A stretch of 64,000 nt of DNA from Candidatus Egerieisoma sp. (lineage in GTDB: Bacteria; Bacillota; Clostridia; UBA1212; UBA1255), in the NCBI GenBank assembly GCA_045125595.1, contig JBGVNN010000010.1, positions 43,879-107,878 of the forward strand, given 5' to 3'. Each line of letters begins with the position of its first letter. Within the stretch, counting starts at the first letter, position 1. Below, piece by piece: positions 11,459-21,398 of this stretch. The notes beneath the pieces are model-generated. The model had not been told where the DNA came from. It was given only the letters and a program-made list of their open reading frames with translations, and did not search any database. The translations under genes and the position numbers were made by a program.

Positions 11459-12105
11459 TATGCGTACACCTCCGAGATTTTGCTTAAAGCGTCTTTTGTT
11501 ACGATAAATTTGTTGTGGTTCAATATATCGTATACATTGATTGTGTTAACGTAAGCTGTATCAACGCCCTTAATGTTACTTGCTGATTTAACAACGTTAA
11601 TATCCTTCTCAGGAATTACAACAAGTGCTGTGCTGTCTACACCAATGTTTTTGAGTACGTTAACCATGTTCTTTGTTTTGATCTCATCAAAGCTGAGCTT
11701 TTCAAGTACGATGATATCGTTGTCATTAGCTTTGCTTGTAAGAGATGATTTAAGAGCAAGTCTCTTTACTTTCTTAGGGATTGTGTAGCTGTAATCTCTG
11801 GGCTTAGGTCCGAACACGATACCGCCGTGAATCCACTGTGCAGATCTTGTGCTTCCCTGTCTTGCACGGCCTGTACCCTTTTGTCTGTAAGGTTTCTTAC
11901 CGCCGCCGCTTACTTCGCTTTTTACCAAAGTGGAGTGTGTTCCTTGACGTTTGTTAGCCAAGTTGTTAACAACTGCCATGTGCATGCAGTGTGTGTTAAC
12001 TTCAACTCCGAATATATTGCTGTCGAGCTCGATTTCCTCGACTACTTTACCTTGCATGTTTAATACATTAACTTTTGGCATAATTTCTTCCTCCTCCTGC
12101 GTCAA
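11458..12105 (-). CDS. rplD: 50S ribosomal protein L4
   Basis: 215 aa, position and sequence (…GTGRARQGSTRSAQWIHGGIVFGPKPRDYS…). Confidence 0.9.
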   Translation of the reverse strand: MTQEEEEIMPKVNVLNMQGKVVEEIELDSNIFGVEVNTHCMHMAVVNNLANKRQGTHSTLVKSEVSGGGKKPYRQKGTGRARQGSTRSAQWIHGGIVFGPKPRDYSYTIPKKVKRLALKSSLTSKANDNDIIVLEKLSFDEIKTKNMVNVLKNIGVDSTALVVIPEKDINVVKSASNIKGVDTAYVNTINVYDILNHNKFIVTKDALSKISEVYA

Positions 12106-12734
12106 GCTTTAACAGATTCTCTGATCTCAAGCAATCCGCCCTTAGGTCCCGGAATTGCGCCTTTGACAAGAAGAAGATTCCTCTCGCCGTCAACTTTAAC
12201 TACTGTAAGATTCTGAACAGTGACTCTTTCTGAACCCATATGACCAGGCATTTTCTTTCCCTTGAAAACCTTGCCCGGATCAGTGTTGGCACCCATAGAA
12301 CCTACGCCTCTGTGATACTTAGAACCGTGTGTCTTCGGTCCAATCTTTTGGCCGTGTCTCTTGATAGCACCCTGATAGCCTTTACCTTTAGATGTACCGC
12401 TTACATCTATGCTATCGCCATCTTTAAACATATCGGCAACATTGATTGTTTGACCGATTTCAAATGCTTCAACATCCTCAGGTTTAAATTCTTTAAGGTG
12501 TTTGAAGCCACCCATTTCCAATTTGTCGAAAACGCCTTTTTCGGGTTTGTTAAGCTTCTTCTTATCAACTTCCCCATAAGCAAGCTTAACTGCGCAGTAG
12601 CTGTCAGTTTCCTGTGTCTTCTTCTGTACAACAGTGCAGGGACCTGCAAGAACAACAGTAACCGGCGTACATTTGCCGTCTTCGTCAAAAATCTGGGTCA
12701 TACCGACTTTTGTTCCTAAAATAAAATTCTTCAT
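12102..12734 (-). CDS. rplC: 50S ribosomal protein L3
   Basis: 210 aa, MKNFILGTKVGMTQIFDEDGK... Confidence 0.95.
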   Translation of the reverse strand: MKNFILGTKVGMTQIFDEDGKCTPVTVVLAGPCTVVQKKTQETDSYCAVKLAYGEVDKKKLNKPEKGVFDKLEMGGFKHLKEFKPEDVEAFEIGQTINVADMFKDGDSIDVSGTSKGKGYQGAIKRHGQKIGPKTHGSKYHRGVGSMGANTDPGKVFKGKKMPGHMGSERVTVQNLTVVKVDGERNLLLVKGAIPGPKGGLLEIRESVKA

Positions 12735-12831
12735 TTTTAAGCTTTACCTCCTAATTGGTTATTGGTTCCCCCTTCGGGAACGTGACCGGTTTCTCATCAA
12801 TATTTAAGAAACCAGGGTAATGCGATCAGCA

Positions 12832-13149
12832 TTATTGTTTAACTTTGATTTCTATATCAACGCCTGCGGGAAGATCAAGGCGCATCAATGCATCTACTGT
12901 TTTCGGAGAAGGCATAAGGATGTCGATTAATCTCTTATGTGTTCTCATCTCGAACTGTTCTCTTGAGTCCTTATATTTATGAGGAGCTCTGAGGATAGTA
13001 ACGATTTCCTTCTCTGTGGGCAGCGGAATAGGTCCTGAAACTACTGCGTCTGTACGCTTAGCTGTGTCAACGATCTTTTGAGCTGCCTGATCCAACAATT
13101 GGAAATCATAAGCTTTCAATTTGATTCTGATCTTTTGTTTGTTTGCCAT
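12832..13149 (-). CDS. rpsJ: 30S ribosomal protein S10
   Basis: 105 aa, [45 protein letters not shown]... Confidence 0.95.
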   Translation of the reverse strand: MANKQKIRIKLKAYDFQLLDQAAQKIVDTAKRTDAVVSGPIPLPTEKEIVTILRAPHKYKDSREQFEMRTHKRLIDILMPSPKTVDALMRLDLPAGVDIEIKVKQ

Positions 13150-13464
13150 ACTTTTGAAACCTCTTTCTTTTAATTAGATGTTTTTCGTTACGTATAACAG
13201 CTCGCACCCGTTTTCTTGTCACCCCGTCGTGTGTTTCATGTTCATCTCAATAAAAAAACCAAATTGAAATATCCTTCTCTTGAAGGATTTCAACCTGGGC
13301 ATAGATAAACACTTTACATACAACATGATACAATATTCAAGTGCATGACTTGTCGCCCGGTTTCACGAATCGGACATTCTCCACATGAGTTACCTGCCAT
13401 TCACGCGATCAAACGTGGGGCAGCAATCTCCTGCTTCTCAGTCTGTCAAGTCGCAACAGACAAA

Positions 13465-13492
13465 TTATACCTCTTATGTATAACATTGGCAA
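13465..13492 (-). promoter_or_regulatory. sigmaA-type promoter of the S10 operon on the minus strand: -35 TTGCCA (13487-13492), 17-nt spacer, -10 TATAAT (13465-13470); about 300-nt leader to rpsJ
   Basis: Read directly: minus strand aaaaaagcTTGCCAatgttatacataagaggTATAATttg. Confidence 0.5.
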
Positions 13493-13728
13493 GCTTTTTT
13501 TTAACTTTTACAGGGTTTTAAATATAAACTTTTTGTGAACAAAATAGTGATAAAAAATAAAAAAAAGAAGGAAGCAACGAAGCGCTCATCTGTGAATTAT
13601 TAGGGGAGAGATTCACAATCGGTTAAAGAAAAGAGAACGCCTTCAATTGCCCCCGACTCGTACATAATACAATTATTTTGTGAATAATTCTTCTCTAAAT
13701 TATTATCAAATTGTTAACAAAACTTTCA

Positions 13729-14568
13729 TCAATCCCACAGTCCTTTTGTTTCTCTGACTTCTTTTACTGTTACAAAAGCTCCAGGATCGTATTTATCTAC
13801 AATTCGTCTTACATCAGACACTTGTCTGTTATATACTACGCATATTAACATAAATCTCTTATTTCCCGTATACATGCCTTCCGCTTCTAGTTTTGTCACA
13901 CCTCTATCCAATTTATGCATTATTTCGTCTGCAATTTCCGTAGGTTTATCGGTAAATACAGATATTTCTTTAGAATAATTAATTCCTGCTTCTACAAAGT
14001 CTACTACCTTGGACGAAACGAATACTGCCACTCCTGTATACAGTGCCGACTCAAATGATTTATATACAATAGCGACTATTATTAAAAATATAATATCAAA
14101 CCACAATACTGCTTGTCCTATAGTGAGGAGACTGATTTTCCGTTGCAGCAATCGCGCTGCAATATCAGTACCGCCGGTACTCGCCCCGCCACGGAAAATC
14201 ATTCCGAAGCCGAAACCTATTGCGGCACCTCCGCAAATAGCATATAATAGCACATCTTCTCCATTCAACTTTCCTGACAAACCTGCCGTAACATCAACGG
14301 CAATCGAAAAAGCAACCGTACCTACAATGCTTTTTAAAATAAATTCCTTTCCTATATATTTATATCCGGGGATAAATAAGGGAATATTAAATATAAAAGT
14401 CAACAAACCTATCGGTAATCCCCCGCCGGCAAGATGAGAAATTATTACAGCAATACCTGACAAGCCTCCGGGCGCAATTCCTTTTGGTTCCAAGAATAAA
14501 TTTAATCCTGCTGCTGCCACAAACGAACCTGATATTAACAATATTATATTTATTATTTTCTTTTTCAC
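13729..14568 (-). CDS. YitT-like integral membrane protein (DUF161/DUF2179 architecture)
   Basis: 279 aa, N-terminal glycine-rich TM helices (GGLSGIAVI, GGASTGGTDIA) plus C-terminal soluble domain typical of YitT/YqfU proteins. Confidence 0.7.
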   Translation of the reverse strand: MKKKIINIILLISGSFVAAAGLNLFLEPKGIAPGGLSGIAVIISHLAGGGLPIGLLTFIFNIPLFIPGYKYIGKEFILKSIVGTVAFSIAVDVTAGLSGKLNGEDVLLYAICGGAAIGFGFGMIFRGGASTGGTDIAARLLQRKISLLTIGQAVLWFDIIFLIIVAIVYKSFESALYTGVAVFVSSKVVDFVEAGINYSKEISVFTDKPTEIADEIMHKLDRGVTKLEAEGMYTGNKRFMLICVVYNRQVSDVRRIVDKYDPGAFVTVKEVRETKGLWD

Positions 14569-15140
14569 AAAAATACCTGCCTTCTGTCAGAATATAATAT
14601 ATTCTATCATATTTTTCATGATTTAAAAAATAATCCTTGCAAAACTCCCTGTGAAATATAAAAAAGCGTAGAAACTCTGTGCTTTTAGTAAGTAGTTGAA
14701 ACAAGATGGTTTGTGTTGTTGGAATTTTCGTACTTTTTTACTACCAAAAGGGACGAAAATTTCAATACAAGCTCACTGCGGAGTCCACCGTACGCGATTT
14801 TCGTACTTTTTACCCCGAAAAATTGTCAACGATTTTTTGTTGACTTGTTGCGCAGAAAAATTTCTTCACAATAAATGCGTTTTTGTGGGAGAAAAGAGAA
14901 ATGTTTCTCCCCAAAACAGGCATTTTTTGTGAGAAAACACTACTTCAAGCCTCTTTAATGCAACTTCAAACGACTTCTAGAGAGTTTTTCTCTACAAATC
15001 CCGGCTTTTTGTGGGAGAAAATTCACAAAGCTGTCAACGAATATAAAATTCCCAAGTCAACCGCTATAAAATTCTCAAGAAAGTTTGACATTGAACGCAA
15101 AGAAGTGTATTCTTTATATATTCTTTTATGAGGTGGAAAT

Positions 15141-16361
15141 ATGGCAAATAATAATGAAAAAAACGAAAATGCTAAAAACAAGAAAAAGCCAAAGTACAAA
15201 TTGCAAGTAATGGATATCATTACAATTGTTTTTACCGCTATAATATTAGGTATTATGGGTTTTGTTATTTATGATCATTTTGCAGATGATACAGTTAACC
15301 CGATCGTTCCCAATCAATCACAGAGTCCAAGCTCTGCTTCTCCGACAAAGGAACCTACCCTATCAGACATAGGCAATATTTACGGAAATATCACGAACGA
15401 TGCCAATGTAGTTCTTATTGACAATCGCGAATATTTTATTTCTGCTGATAATAACGGAGATAAGCACATTTATGTTACCGAAAACAATGTGACCAAAGAT
15501 CTTATTAAAACTGACGCATCTTGTTTAAATGTAGTAACTGATTATGTTACTTATGCCGGAAAAACTTCAATTTTGCCTTATTATGTTTTCTATATAAACG
15601 GAGACGGCAAGATTTGCTATTATTATGATTATACAGGAAGCGACGGTGTCGTAGATGAGAAACTTTTTTCAGAGAATGTTTTTCTTGACGGCTCATACGT
15701 TACAATTGATGTAAGTGGCGAATATGTTTATCACTTAAATTCAGAGGGCGTTATCGCTAAAACAGATATTATAAAAAAGACTACCGAAGTTTTGAGCTCT
15801 GAAAATTCATATAAAGATTTTGTGCTTTATTACGGTACAATATTCGCGTTGAGCGATGACAATAAAATTTACTCAATGGCGTCTACAGTAGAAACGAGCG
15901 ACCAACTTTCCGACGGAAATGCGACGGCTACTCCCACTGCAACAGCAGCTACGGCTACAGCTACACCTGAGCCGGCACCCAAAGAGGTACTTACTGTCAG
16001 CGACAATGTTGTTTCGTTTGCAATAGATAAGGACTGGATATATACGGTTAGTGAGAATGGTATTTGCAGGTATATGGTCGATGGCAACAATGCGAGAGAT
16101 ACTTTGTCAGATGTTAAAGCGCAGAGCATAAATGTGTATAATGATATGATATTCTATTATGCTGATGGTCAGGTGTACACGGCAAACGCAACTGAATTAC
16201 TCTCAGGCACGACAAAAAAAGTCGGCGTTGAGATATCGTCGACTAAGGGCATTAACATCAGCAAAGATGGTATTTATGTAGTTAATGAGAATGGCAAGCT
16301 GTGCAAAACATCATATGATTCTGAAATTGAAGATTATACAGCTTTTAAAGAAATGAACTAA
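15141..16361 (+). CDS. hypothetical membrane-anchored protein with a single N-terminal TM, Tyr/Asp/Gly-rich repeats (DUF5050-like beta-propeller?) and a TATPTATAATATATPEPAP linker
   Basis: 406 aa ORF with RBS (gaggtgg) 7 nt upstream of ATG; one hydrophobic segment IITIVFTAIILGIMGFVIY; no catalytic motif recognised. Confidence 0.6.
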   Translation: MANNNEKNENAKNKKKPKYKLQVMDIITIVFTAIILGIMGFVIYDHFADDTVNPIVPNQSQSPSSASPTKEPTLSDIGNIYGNITNDANVVLIDNREYFISADNNGDKHIYVTENNVTKDLIKTDASCLNVVTDYVTYAGKTSILPYYVFYINGDGKICYYYDYTGSDGVVDEKLFSENVFLDGSYVTIDVSGEYVYHLNSEGVIAKTDIIKKTTEVLSSENSYKDFVLYYGTIFALSDDNKIYSMASTVETSDQLSDGNATATPTATAATATATPEPAPKEVLTVSDNVVSFAIDKDWIYTVSENGICRYMVDGNNARDTLSDVKAQSINVYNDMIFYYADGQVYTANATELLSGTTKKVGVEISSTKGINISKDGIYVVNENGKLCKTSYDSEIEDYTAFKEMN

Positions 16362-16371
16362 TTCGGATTTA

Positions 16372-17028
16372 TTAAAAATTGATAATTTCATTTGTGGCGG
16401 AGGCGCTGTAATCGGCGTTCTCCGCTTTTAATTTATCTTTATCGCCGTATCCATACAGAATGGCACATGTGTGCATACCGGCAGCTTTTCCTGCCTGAAT
16501 GTCTGTAAAAGAGTCACCTACCATTATGGAGTTTTCGGCAGAAGCCCCCATTGCGTCAAGACACAAAAGAAGTCCCTCCGGGTCGGGTTTCATTTTAGAA
16601 ACTGATTCGGGTCCTATGATTTTTGTGAAATATTTCGCAATGCCTAATTGCTCTACAACAAGGAGAGTAATTGCTTCGGGTTTGTTGGATACTATGCTCA
16701 TTGAGATGCCACGTTCTGCAAGTTGTGCAACAACATTTTCAAAACCGTCATAAAGACTTGTTTTATCGCAGGGGTGGTTTTTATAATAATCTTTATACCA
16801 CTTGAGAGCTTCGGCGCAATCATCTTGAGAAAGTTGCTTCATCGAACAGTCAATGAGATATTTCGCACCATGACCTACATATGACATAATGGTAGTGTAA
16901 TCAAGCTCAGGTAAGTTGTAATGTTTCTGTGTTGCTTGCACAGAGGCAACAATATCTTTTCCCGTATCGGCTATAACGCCGTCAAAGTCAAAAATAACCG
17001 ATTCAATATTATTAAATAATTTACTCAT
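16372..17028 (-). CDS. HAD-IA family hydrolase (phosphoglycolate phosphatase-like)
   Basis: 218 aa, motif I FDFDGVIADT, later SNKP and GDSFTD motifs. Confidence 0.8.
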   Translation of the reverse strand: MSKLFNNIESVIFDFDGVIADTGKDIVASVQATQKHYNLPELDYTTIMSYVGHGAKYLIDCSMKQLSQDDCAEALKWYKDYYKNHPCDKTSLYDGFENVVAQLAERGISMSIVSNKPEAITLLVVEQLGIAKYFTKIIGPESVSKMKPDPEGLLLCLDAMGASAENSIMVGDSFTDIQAGKAAGMHTCAILYGYGDKDKLKAENADYSASATNEIINF

Positions 17029-17030
17029 AA

Positions 17031-17987
17031 TTAAAACATCTTCTTTTTATATAATATTATTAATACAATTAAGCAAAGCAATGCTGTGCCACCTAAAATT
17101 AGGTAGAATGCCCACGCTAAACCGGCAAGCGGCAAAGGCACATTCATACCGAAGAAGCCGGAAACCATAGTCGGTATGGCCATTACAATCGTTATTGCCG
17201 CGAGCAATTTCATGACATTATTTTGATTGTTTGAAATAATAGACGAAAAGGCATCCATTGTGCCACTTAAAATGTTGCTGTAGATATAAGCCATTTCAAT
17301 AGCCTGTTTGTTTTCTATAATAACATCTTCAAGTAAGTCCTCGTCATCTTCGTATTTCCTGATACTGAGATTGGTATAGTTGTACTTAAGAAGTTTTTCC
17401 AGTACAATTTGGTTAGATTTCAATGATGTTGAAAAGTACACCAAAGATTTTTCTAACGACAAGAGCAAAATGAGCTCTTTATTCTTCATTGACTTGTGTA
17501 CTTCATTTTCTATATTGTGGCTGATTTTTTCAATTTGACGCAAATACTGCAAGTAGTATTTTGCATTTCTGTACATCAGTTGCAGTATAAAGCGATTTTT
17601 CTTATATGTCGCGAAAGTCTTTACTCTATTATCCAAAAAATCCTTAATCAACTGGCTCTTTTTCAAGCACACAGTGATTACGCACTCTTTGCATACAACA
17701 ATACCCATAGGCATTGTAGAAAACATAAAACTGTACGAACTGTCAGTGGTAGACTCCACTACAGGTATATCTGTAAGTACAAGAGTACAGCCGTCTTCTG
17801 ATTCAATACGCGGACGCTCTTCCTCGTCCAAAGCCGCAGTAAGTAAATCTACATCGGCTTGTGCGAGTTTACTGATTTGTTCTATTTCGTCTTTAGTCGG
17901 ATCAAGCATATTAATCCAACATCCCGGCTGCGGCTCATTAAGCATAACGAGCTTGCCTTGAGTATCTGTCATGAATATCTCAAACAT
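17031..17987 (-). CDS. corA: CorA-family magnesium/cobalt transporter
   Basis: 318 aa, two C-terminal TM helices with GMN signature (FFGMNVPLP). Confidence 0.85.
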   Translation of the reverse strand: MFEIFMTDTQGKLVMLNEPQPGCWINMLDPTKDEIEQISKLAQADVDLLTAALDEEERPRIESEDGCTLVLTDIPVVESTTDSSYSFMFSTMPMGIVVCKECVITVCLKKSQLIKDFLDNRVKTFATYKKNRFILQLMYRNAKYYLQYLRQIEKISHNIENEVHKSMKNKELILLLSLEKSLVYFSTSLKSNQIVLEKLLKYNYTNLSIRKYEDDEDLLEDVIIENKQAIEMAYIYSNILSGTMDAFSSIISNNQNNVMKLLAAITIVMAIPTMVSGFFGMNVPLPLAGLAWAFYLILGGTALLCLIVLIILYKKKMF

Positions 17988-17989
17988 AA

Positions 17990-18325
17990 TTATCTACCGT
18001 CTTTCCACAATCTTTCAATGTTATAGAATTCTCTTTCTGATTCCAAGAATATGTGAACAACCACATCAAGGTAATCCATCAAAATCCAACTTGCCGTGTC
18101 ATATCCTTCAAGATGTGCGCAATTAAGTCCTTTTTCCTCGAGTCTCTCTTCTACCAAGTCAGCAATACCACGCAAATGTGTAGATGATGTACCGCTGCAT
18201 ATTACGAAATAATCAGTAACCGCCTCAAGTCTGGGAGACTGAATGATTTCTATATTTTTAGCCTTTCTGTCTTCAAGAGCTTTAACTATATCTTCCGCAA
18301 GTTTTTTGCTTTCTTCTAATGTCAT
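17990..18325 (-). CDS. rsfS: ribosomal silencing factor RsfS (Iojap)
   Basis: 111 aa, ...AVTDYFVICSGTSSTHLRGIADLVEERL...WILMDYLDVVVHIF...; position downstream of nadD/yqeK as in the Bacillus yqe cluster. Confidence 0.85.
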   Translation of the reverse strand: MTLEESKKLAEDIVKALEDRKAKNIEIIQSPRLEAVTDYFVICSGTSSTHLRGIADLVEERLEEKGLNCAHLEGYDTASWILMDYLDVVVHIFLESEREFYNIERLWKDGR

Positions 18326-18326
18326 T

Positions 18327-19508
18327 TTACTTCTTCTCCTTAATTTTACTTACAATCCAATTTCTCGTTCTTACCGTTTGAGTACACAATTGAAGCATAT
18401 CTCTTTTAATATTATATATCAAAGTCGCATCACATTCTTCTAACATTGCCTCATAAATTTTACCTTCTGCGATTTTTTCTCTCACATCATCGTGTGTAGT
18501 GCCTTCCCTGTCAGAAGATGTATAGTCTGCTAAAAAAAGCACTTGTGATATTAAGCTCATCTGTGGCTTGCCGGTAATATGACATCTTATCGCCTCAAGA
18601 ACCTCGCTGTCACAAACACCATAGCGTTCTTTCGCAAGTATAGCACCTGCTTCGGCATGTAGCAATACCTGTTTACCATCAAAATCATCTTCACAATCAG
18701 GTTTTAATCCTATCCAAAAATATTGCTTCTGAGTCAACTCCTTTGCGCAATCATGTAAAATACCTGCCAAGCGACATTTTTCAGCATCTGCTCCGAAAAT
18801 TTCCGCCAATCTCACACACTCCGCAGCAACACACACGCAATGGTAATATCTTTTGTCACTAAGCAACTTTTTGAGATCTTTGCATATCTCCTCAAATGTC
18901 ATCTTTCCCGGATGATACAAATTATTAGCTTTTATATACTCTGCAACAGCCGTTGGTACATATTCACTTAAATCTTCATTTTTTGATATTGCTTCACGGA
19001 TTTTTGTAGAAGATATATCAAACTGCGGTATCTCTGCTGTATGAACTACAGCGCCTGCCGCACGTGCTCTTTTTAGATTATTCTCATATATCTCGTTGTC
19101 GGAACCAGGGCGCTTCATTGCTACGAAAGAGCACATTTTAAAAACATCCTCACTTCTGTACCAATTAAAAACATCTGCAAGAGTATCTGCTCCTATTATC
19201 ATAAAAAACTCTTCATCAGGCTGAGCTTTTTCATTTAATTCTTTAAGAGTATCATAAGTATAGGTATAATTATTTCTCCTGCACTCAATGTCACTTACCT
19301 CAAAATTTTCGTTGTCCTCAACAGCAAGCTTCACCATAGCCAGCCTGTCCTCCGAAGGAGTAACTCTTCTTGCCACTTTGTGCGGAGGCTCACCGGTTGG
19401 AATGAAAACTATCTTATCAAGCTTCAAAACATCTTTAATTGCTGCAGCCGATAACAAATGCCCGTTGTGTATAGGATCAAATGTACCGCCGAAAATTCCT
19501 GTGCGCAT
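18327..19508 (-). CDS. nadD: nicotinate-nucleotide adenylyltransferase fused to YqeK-type HD phosphohydrolase (start at MRTGIFGGTFDP)
   Basis: N-terminal GIFGGTFDPIHNGHL cytidylyltransferase motif; C-terminal HD domain (HCVCVAAE...ILHDCAKE...LFLADYT); single uninterrupted ORF. Confidence 0.85.
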   Translation of the reverse strand: MRTGIFGGTFDPIHNGHLLSAAAIKDVLKLDKIVFIPTGEPPHKVARRVTPSEDRLAMVKLAVEDNENFEVSDIECRRNNYTYTYDTLKELNEKAQPDEEFFMIIGADTLADVFNWYRSEDVFKMCSFVAMKRPGSDNEIYENNLKRARAAGAVVHTAEIPQFDISSTKIREAISKNEDLSEYVPTAVAEYIKANNLYHPGKMTFEEICKDLKKLLSDKRYYHCVCVAAECVRLAEIFGADAEKCRLAGILHDCAKELTQKQYFWIGLKPDCEDDFDGKQVLLHAEAGAILAKERYGVCDSEVLEAIRCHITGKPQMSLISQVLFLADYTSSDREGTTHDDVREKIAEGKIYEAMLEECDATLIYNIKRDMLQLCTQTVRTRNWIVSKIKEKK

Positions 19509-19591
19509 CTTTTTACCTCTCGCTCTTATAATATAAAAATCCCGTGCCACTTCACAGCACGGGATTTTAGGGAATGTACACTATCCGCACA

Positions 19592-19948
19592 TCAGTTGCG
19601 CGGAACTTTTTTATCCATTGCTTTACCGTAGCTGTACCAAGAATTGCGCAATTTATGTCGCAAATCCACATCAAAGACCCACTCAATAGCTTCGTATAAC
19701 TGTTTTCTCATATTCATATAAACAACTCTGTCAAAGCCCTCTTGTTCAAGAAGCTCCTCCATATCTCCAAGCCAAGTGAGTACACGGTCAATACCTGCCG
19801 CATCGGGATCAACCTTTTTCTTTAAATGCATAACAACCAACTTAACTGATTTCTTTTGTAAATCAGCATCGGTCATTTCTTTTTTCTTTTTTACAACTTT
19901 ACTTTCGGTTACTTTTTCGGTAACACCGTCCGCACCATGAGAGTTCAT
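19592..19948 (-). CDS. hypothetical protein (118 aa, Lys-rich N-terminus)
   Basis: ORF only; no recognisable motif. Confidence 0.4.
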   Translation of the reverse strand: MNSHGADGVTEKVTESKVVKKKKEMTDADLQKKSVKLVVMHLKKKVDPDAAGIDRVLTWLGDMEELLEQEGFDRVVYMNMRKQLYEAIEWVFDVDLRHKLRNSWYSYGKAMDKKVPRN

Positions 19949-20024
19949 GGCAGTACCTCCGTTTCTCTTTTATTTATTGCCTTGATTGGAGTATACCACC
20001 TATTCTCTTCAAAAGCAAACGTTT

Positions 20025-21383
20025 TTAATTTTTTAAACTGAATAACGGTGCCGGTATTCTACCGCCTCGGTTTATAAAGTTGCTACAATCATATTGCCTT
20101 ACTGCCATTACCGGACCGCTTCCCAACAAACCGCCAAACTCTACCGTATCACCTACAACTTTACCCGGTGCAGGTATAATTCTCACAGCCGTCGTCTTTG
20201 TATTAACCATGCCTATTGCCGCTTCGTCAGCTATTATTGCGGAAATTGTCGCTGCATCCGTGCTTCCCGGTACAACTATCATATCAAGTCCCACAGAGCA
20301 AACACAAGTCATAGCCTCTAACTTTTCAATGCAAAGAGCTCCGTTTCTGACAGCCTCTATCATACCCTCATCTTCACTTACAGGAATGAACGCACCGCTC
20401 AAGCCGCCCACGTGAGATGAAGCCATAACGCCACCCTTCTTCACCGCATCATTAAGAAGTGCCAACGCAGCTGTTGTACCCGGGCCTCCGCAATGTTCGA
20501 GTCCCATTCCTTCTAAAATTCTCGCTACGCTGTCGCCCACCGCAGGTGTAGGTGCTAACGAAAGGTCTACTATGCCAAACGGCACTCCCAATCTATCGCT
20601 TGCTTCTTTAGCCACAAGCTGACCCATTCTTGTTATCTTGAAGGCAGTCTTCTTTATTGTCTCTGCAAGAACCGAAAAGTCACTGTTTTTTACATTATCT
20701 ATCGCACATTTTACAACACCCGGACCGCTAACGCCTACATTAATAACACATTCAGGCTCACCAACACCATGGAACGCACCTGCCATAAACGGGTTGTCCT
20801 CCGGGGCATTTGCAAAAACAACAAGTCTTGCACAATCTGAGCCGCCTGTTTCTGCAGAAAGCTCAGCCGCTTTTTTTATAAGAATACCCATATCACGCAC
20901 AGCATCCATATTAATACCGGCCTTTGTGGTACCTACATTTACGCTTGAGCAAACTTTAGTTGTAGCGTGAAGTGCATATGGTATTGATTCAATGAGTTTT
21001 CTCTCACTTTCGGTATATCCTTTGTGTACAAGTGCCGAAAAACCACCTATAAAGTTAACTCCTACAGCATTTGCAGCTTTTTCAAGTGTTTCGGCTATTT
21101 TCACGCAGCCGTCAACATCTGTATTCGATATCAATCCTATTGGTGTGACGGAAATACGCTTGTTTACTATCGGAATACCGTATTCGTTTTCTATGTCACA
21201 CGCTGTTTTTACAAGATTACCGGCTCTTTTGGTTATCTTGTCATAAATTTTACGGCATTTAACATCTATATCGTCAGAAGCACAATCGAGTAAGCTTATA
21301 CCCATTGTGACTGTACGGATGTCCAAATGCTCTTTCTGTATCATTCTGATTGTTTGAGCAATCTCATCTGCAGATATGAACAT
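20025..21383 (-). CDS. UPF0210 family protein (DUF711, PFL-like fold)
   Basis: 452 aa; N-terminus ...[22 protein letters not shown] is characteristic of UPF0210; partnered with a UPF0237 ACT gene immediately upstream. Confidence 0.8.
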   Translation of the reverse strand: MFISADEIAQTIRMIQKEHLDIRTVTMGISLLDCASDDIDVKCRKIYDKITKRAGNLVKTACDIENEYGIPIVNKRISVTPIGLISNTDVDGCVKIAETLEKAANAVGVNFIGGFSALVHKGYTESERKLIESIPYALHATTKVCSSVNVGTTKAGINMDAVRDMGILIKKAAELSAETGGSDCARLVVFANAPEDNPFMAGAFHGVGEPECVINVGVSGPGVVKCAIDNVKNSDFSVLAETIKKTAFKITRMGQLVAKEASDRLGVPFGIVDLSLAPTPAVGDSVARILEGMGLEHCGGPGTTAALALLNDAVKKGGVMASSHVGGLSGAFIPVSEDEGMIEAVRNGALCIEKLEAMTCVCSVGLDMIVVPGSTDAATISAIIADEAAIGMVNTKTTAVRIIPAPGKVVGDTVEFGGLLGSGPVMAVRQYDCSNFINRGGRIPAPLFSLKN

Positions 21384-21398
21384 TATTCCACCGCCTTA

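Noticed and set aside
12240-12719. 159-aa plus-strand ORF antisense to rplC
   Set aside because: It lies inside the rplC ribosomal protein gene on the opposite strand, with no independent coding support.
13150-13728. tRNA or small RNA gene in the 578-bp gap upstream of rpsJ
   Set aside because: No tRNA cloverleaf features (GTTCGA T-loop, CCA context) were found. The region is better explained by the YitT terminator, the S10 promoter and its leader.
14387-15131. Three small ORFs (14387-14704 minus; 14696-14932 and 14883-15131 plus) in the repeat-rich intergenic region
   Set aside because: Their translations mirror the DNA direct repeats and there is no RBS, so I treat the region as non-coding regulatory/repeat DNA.
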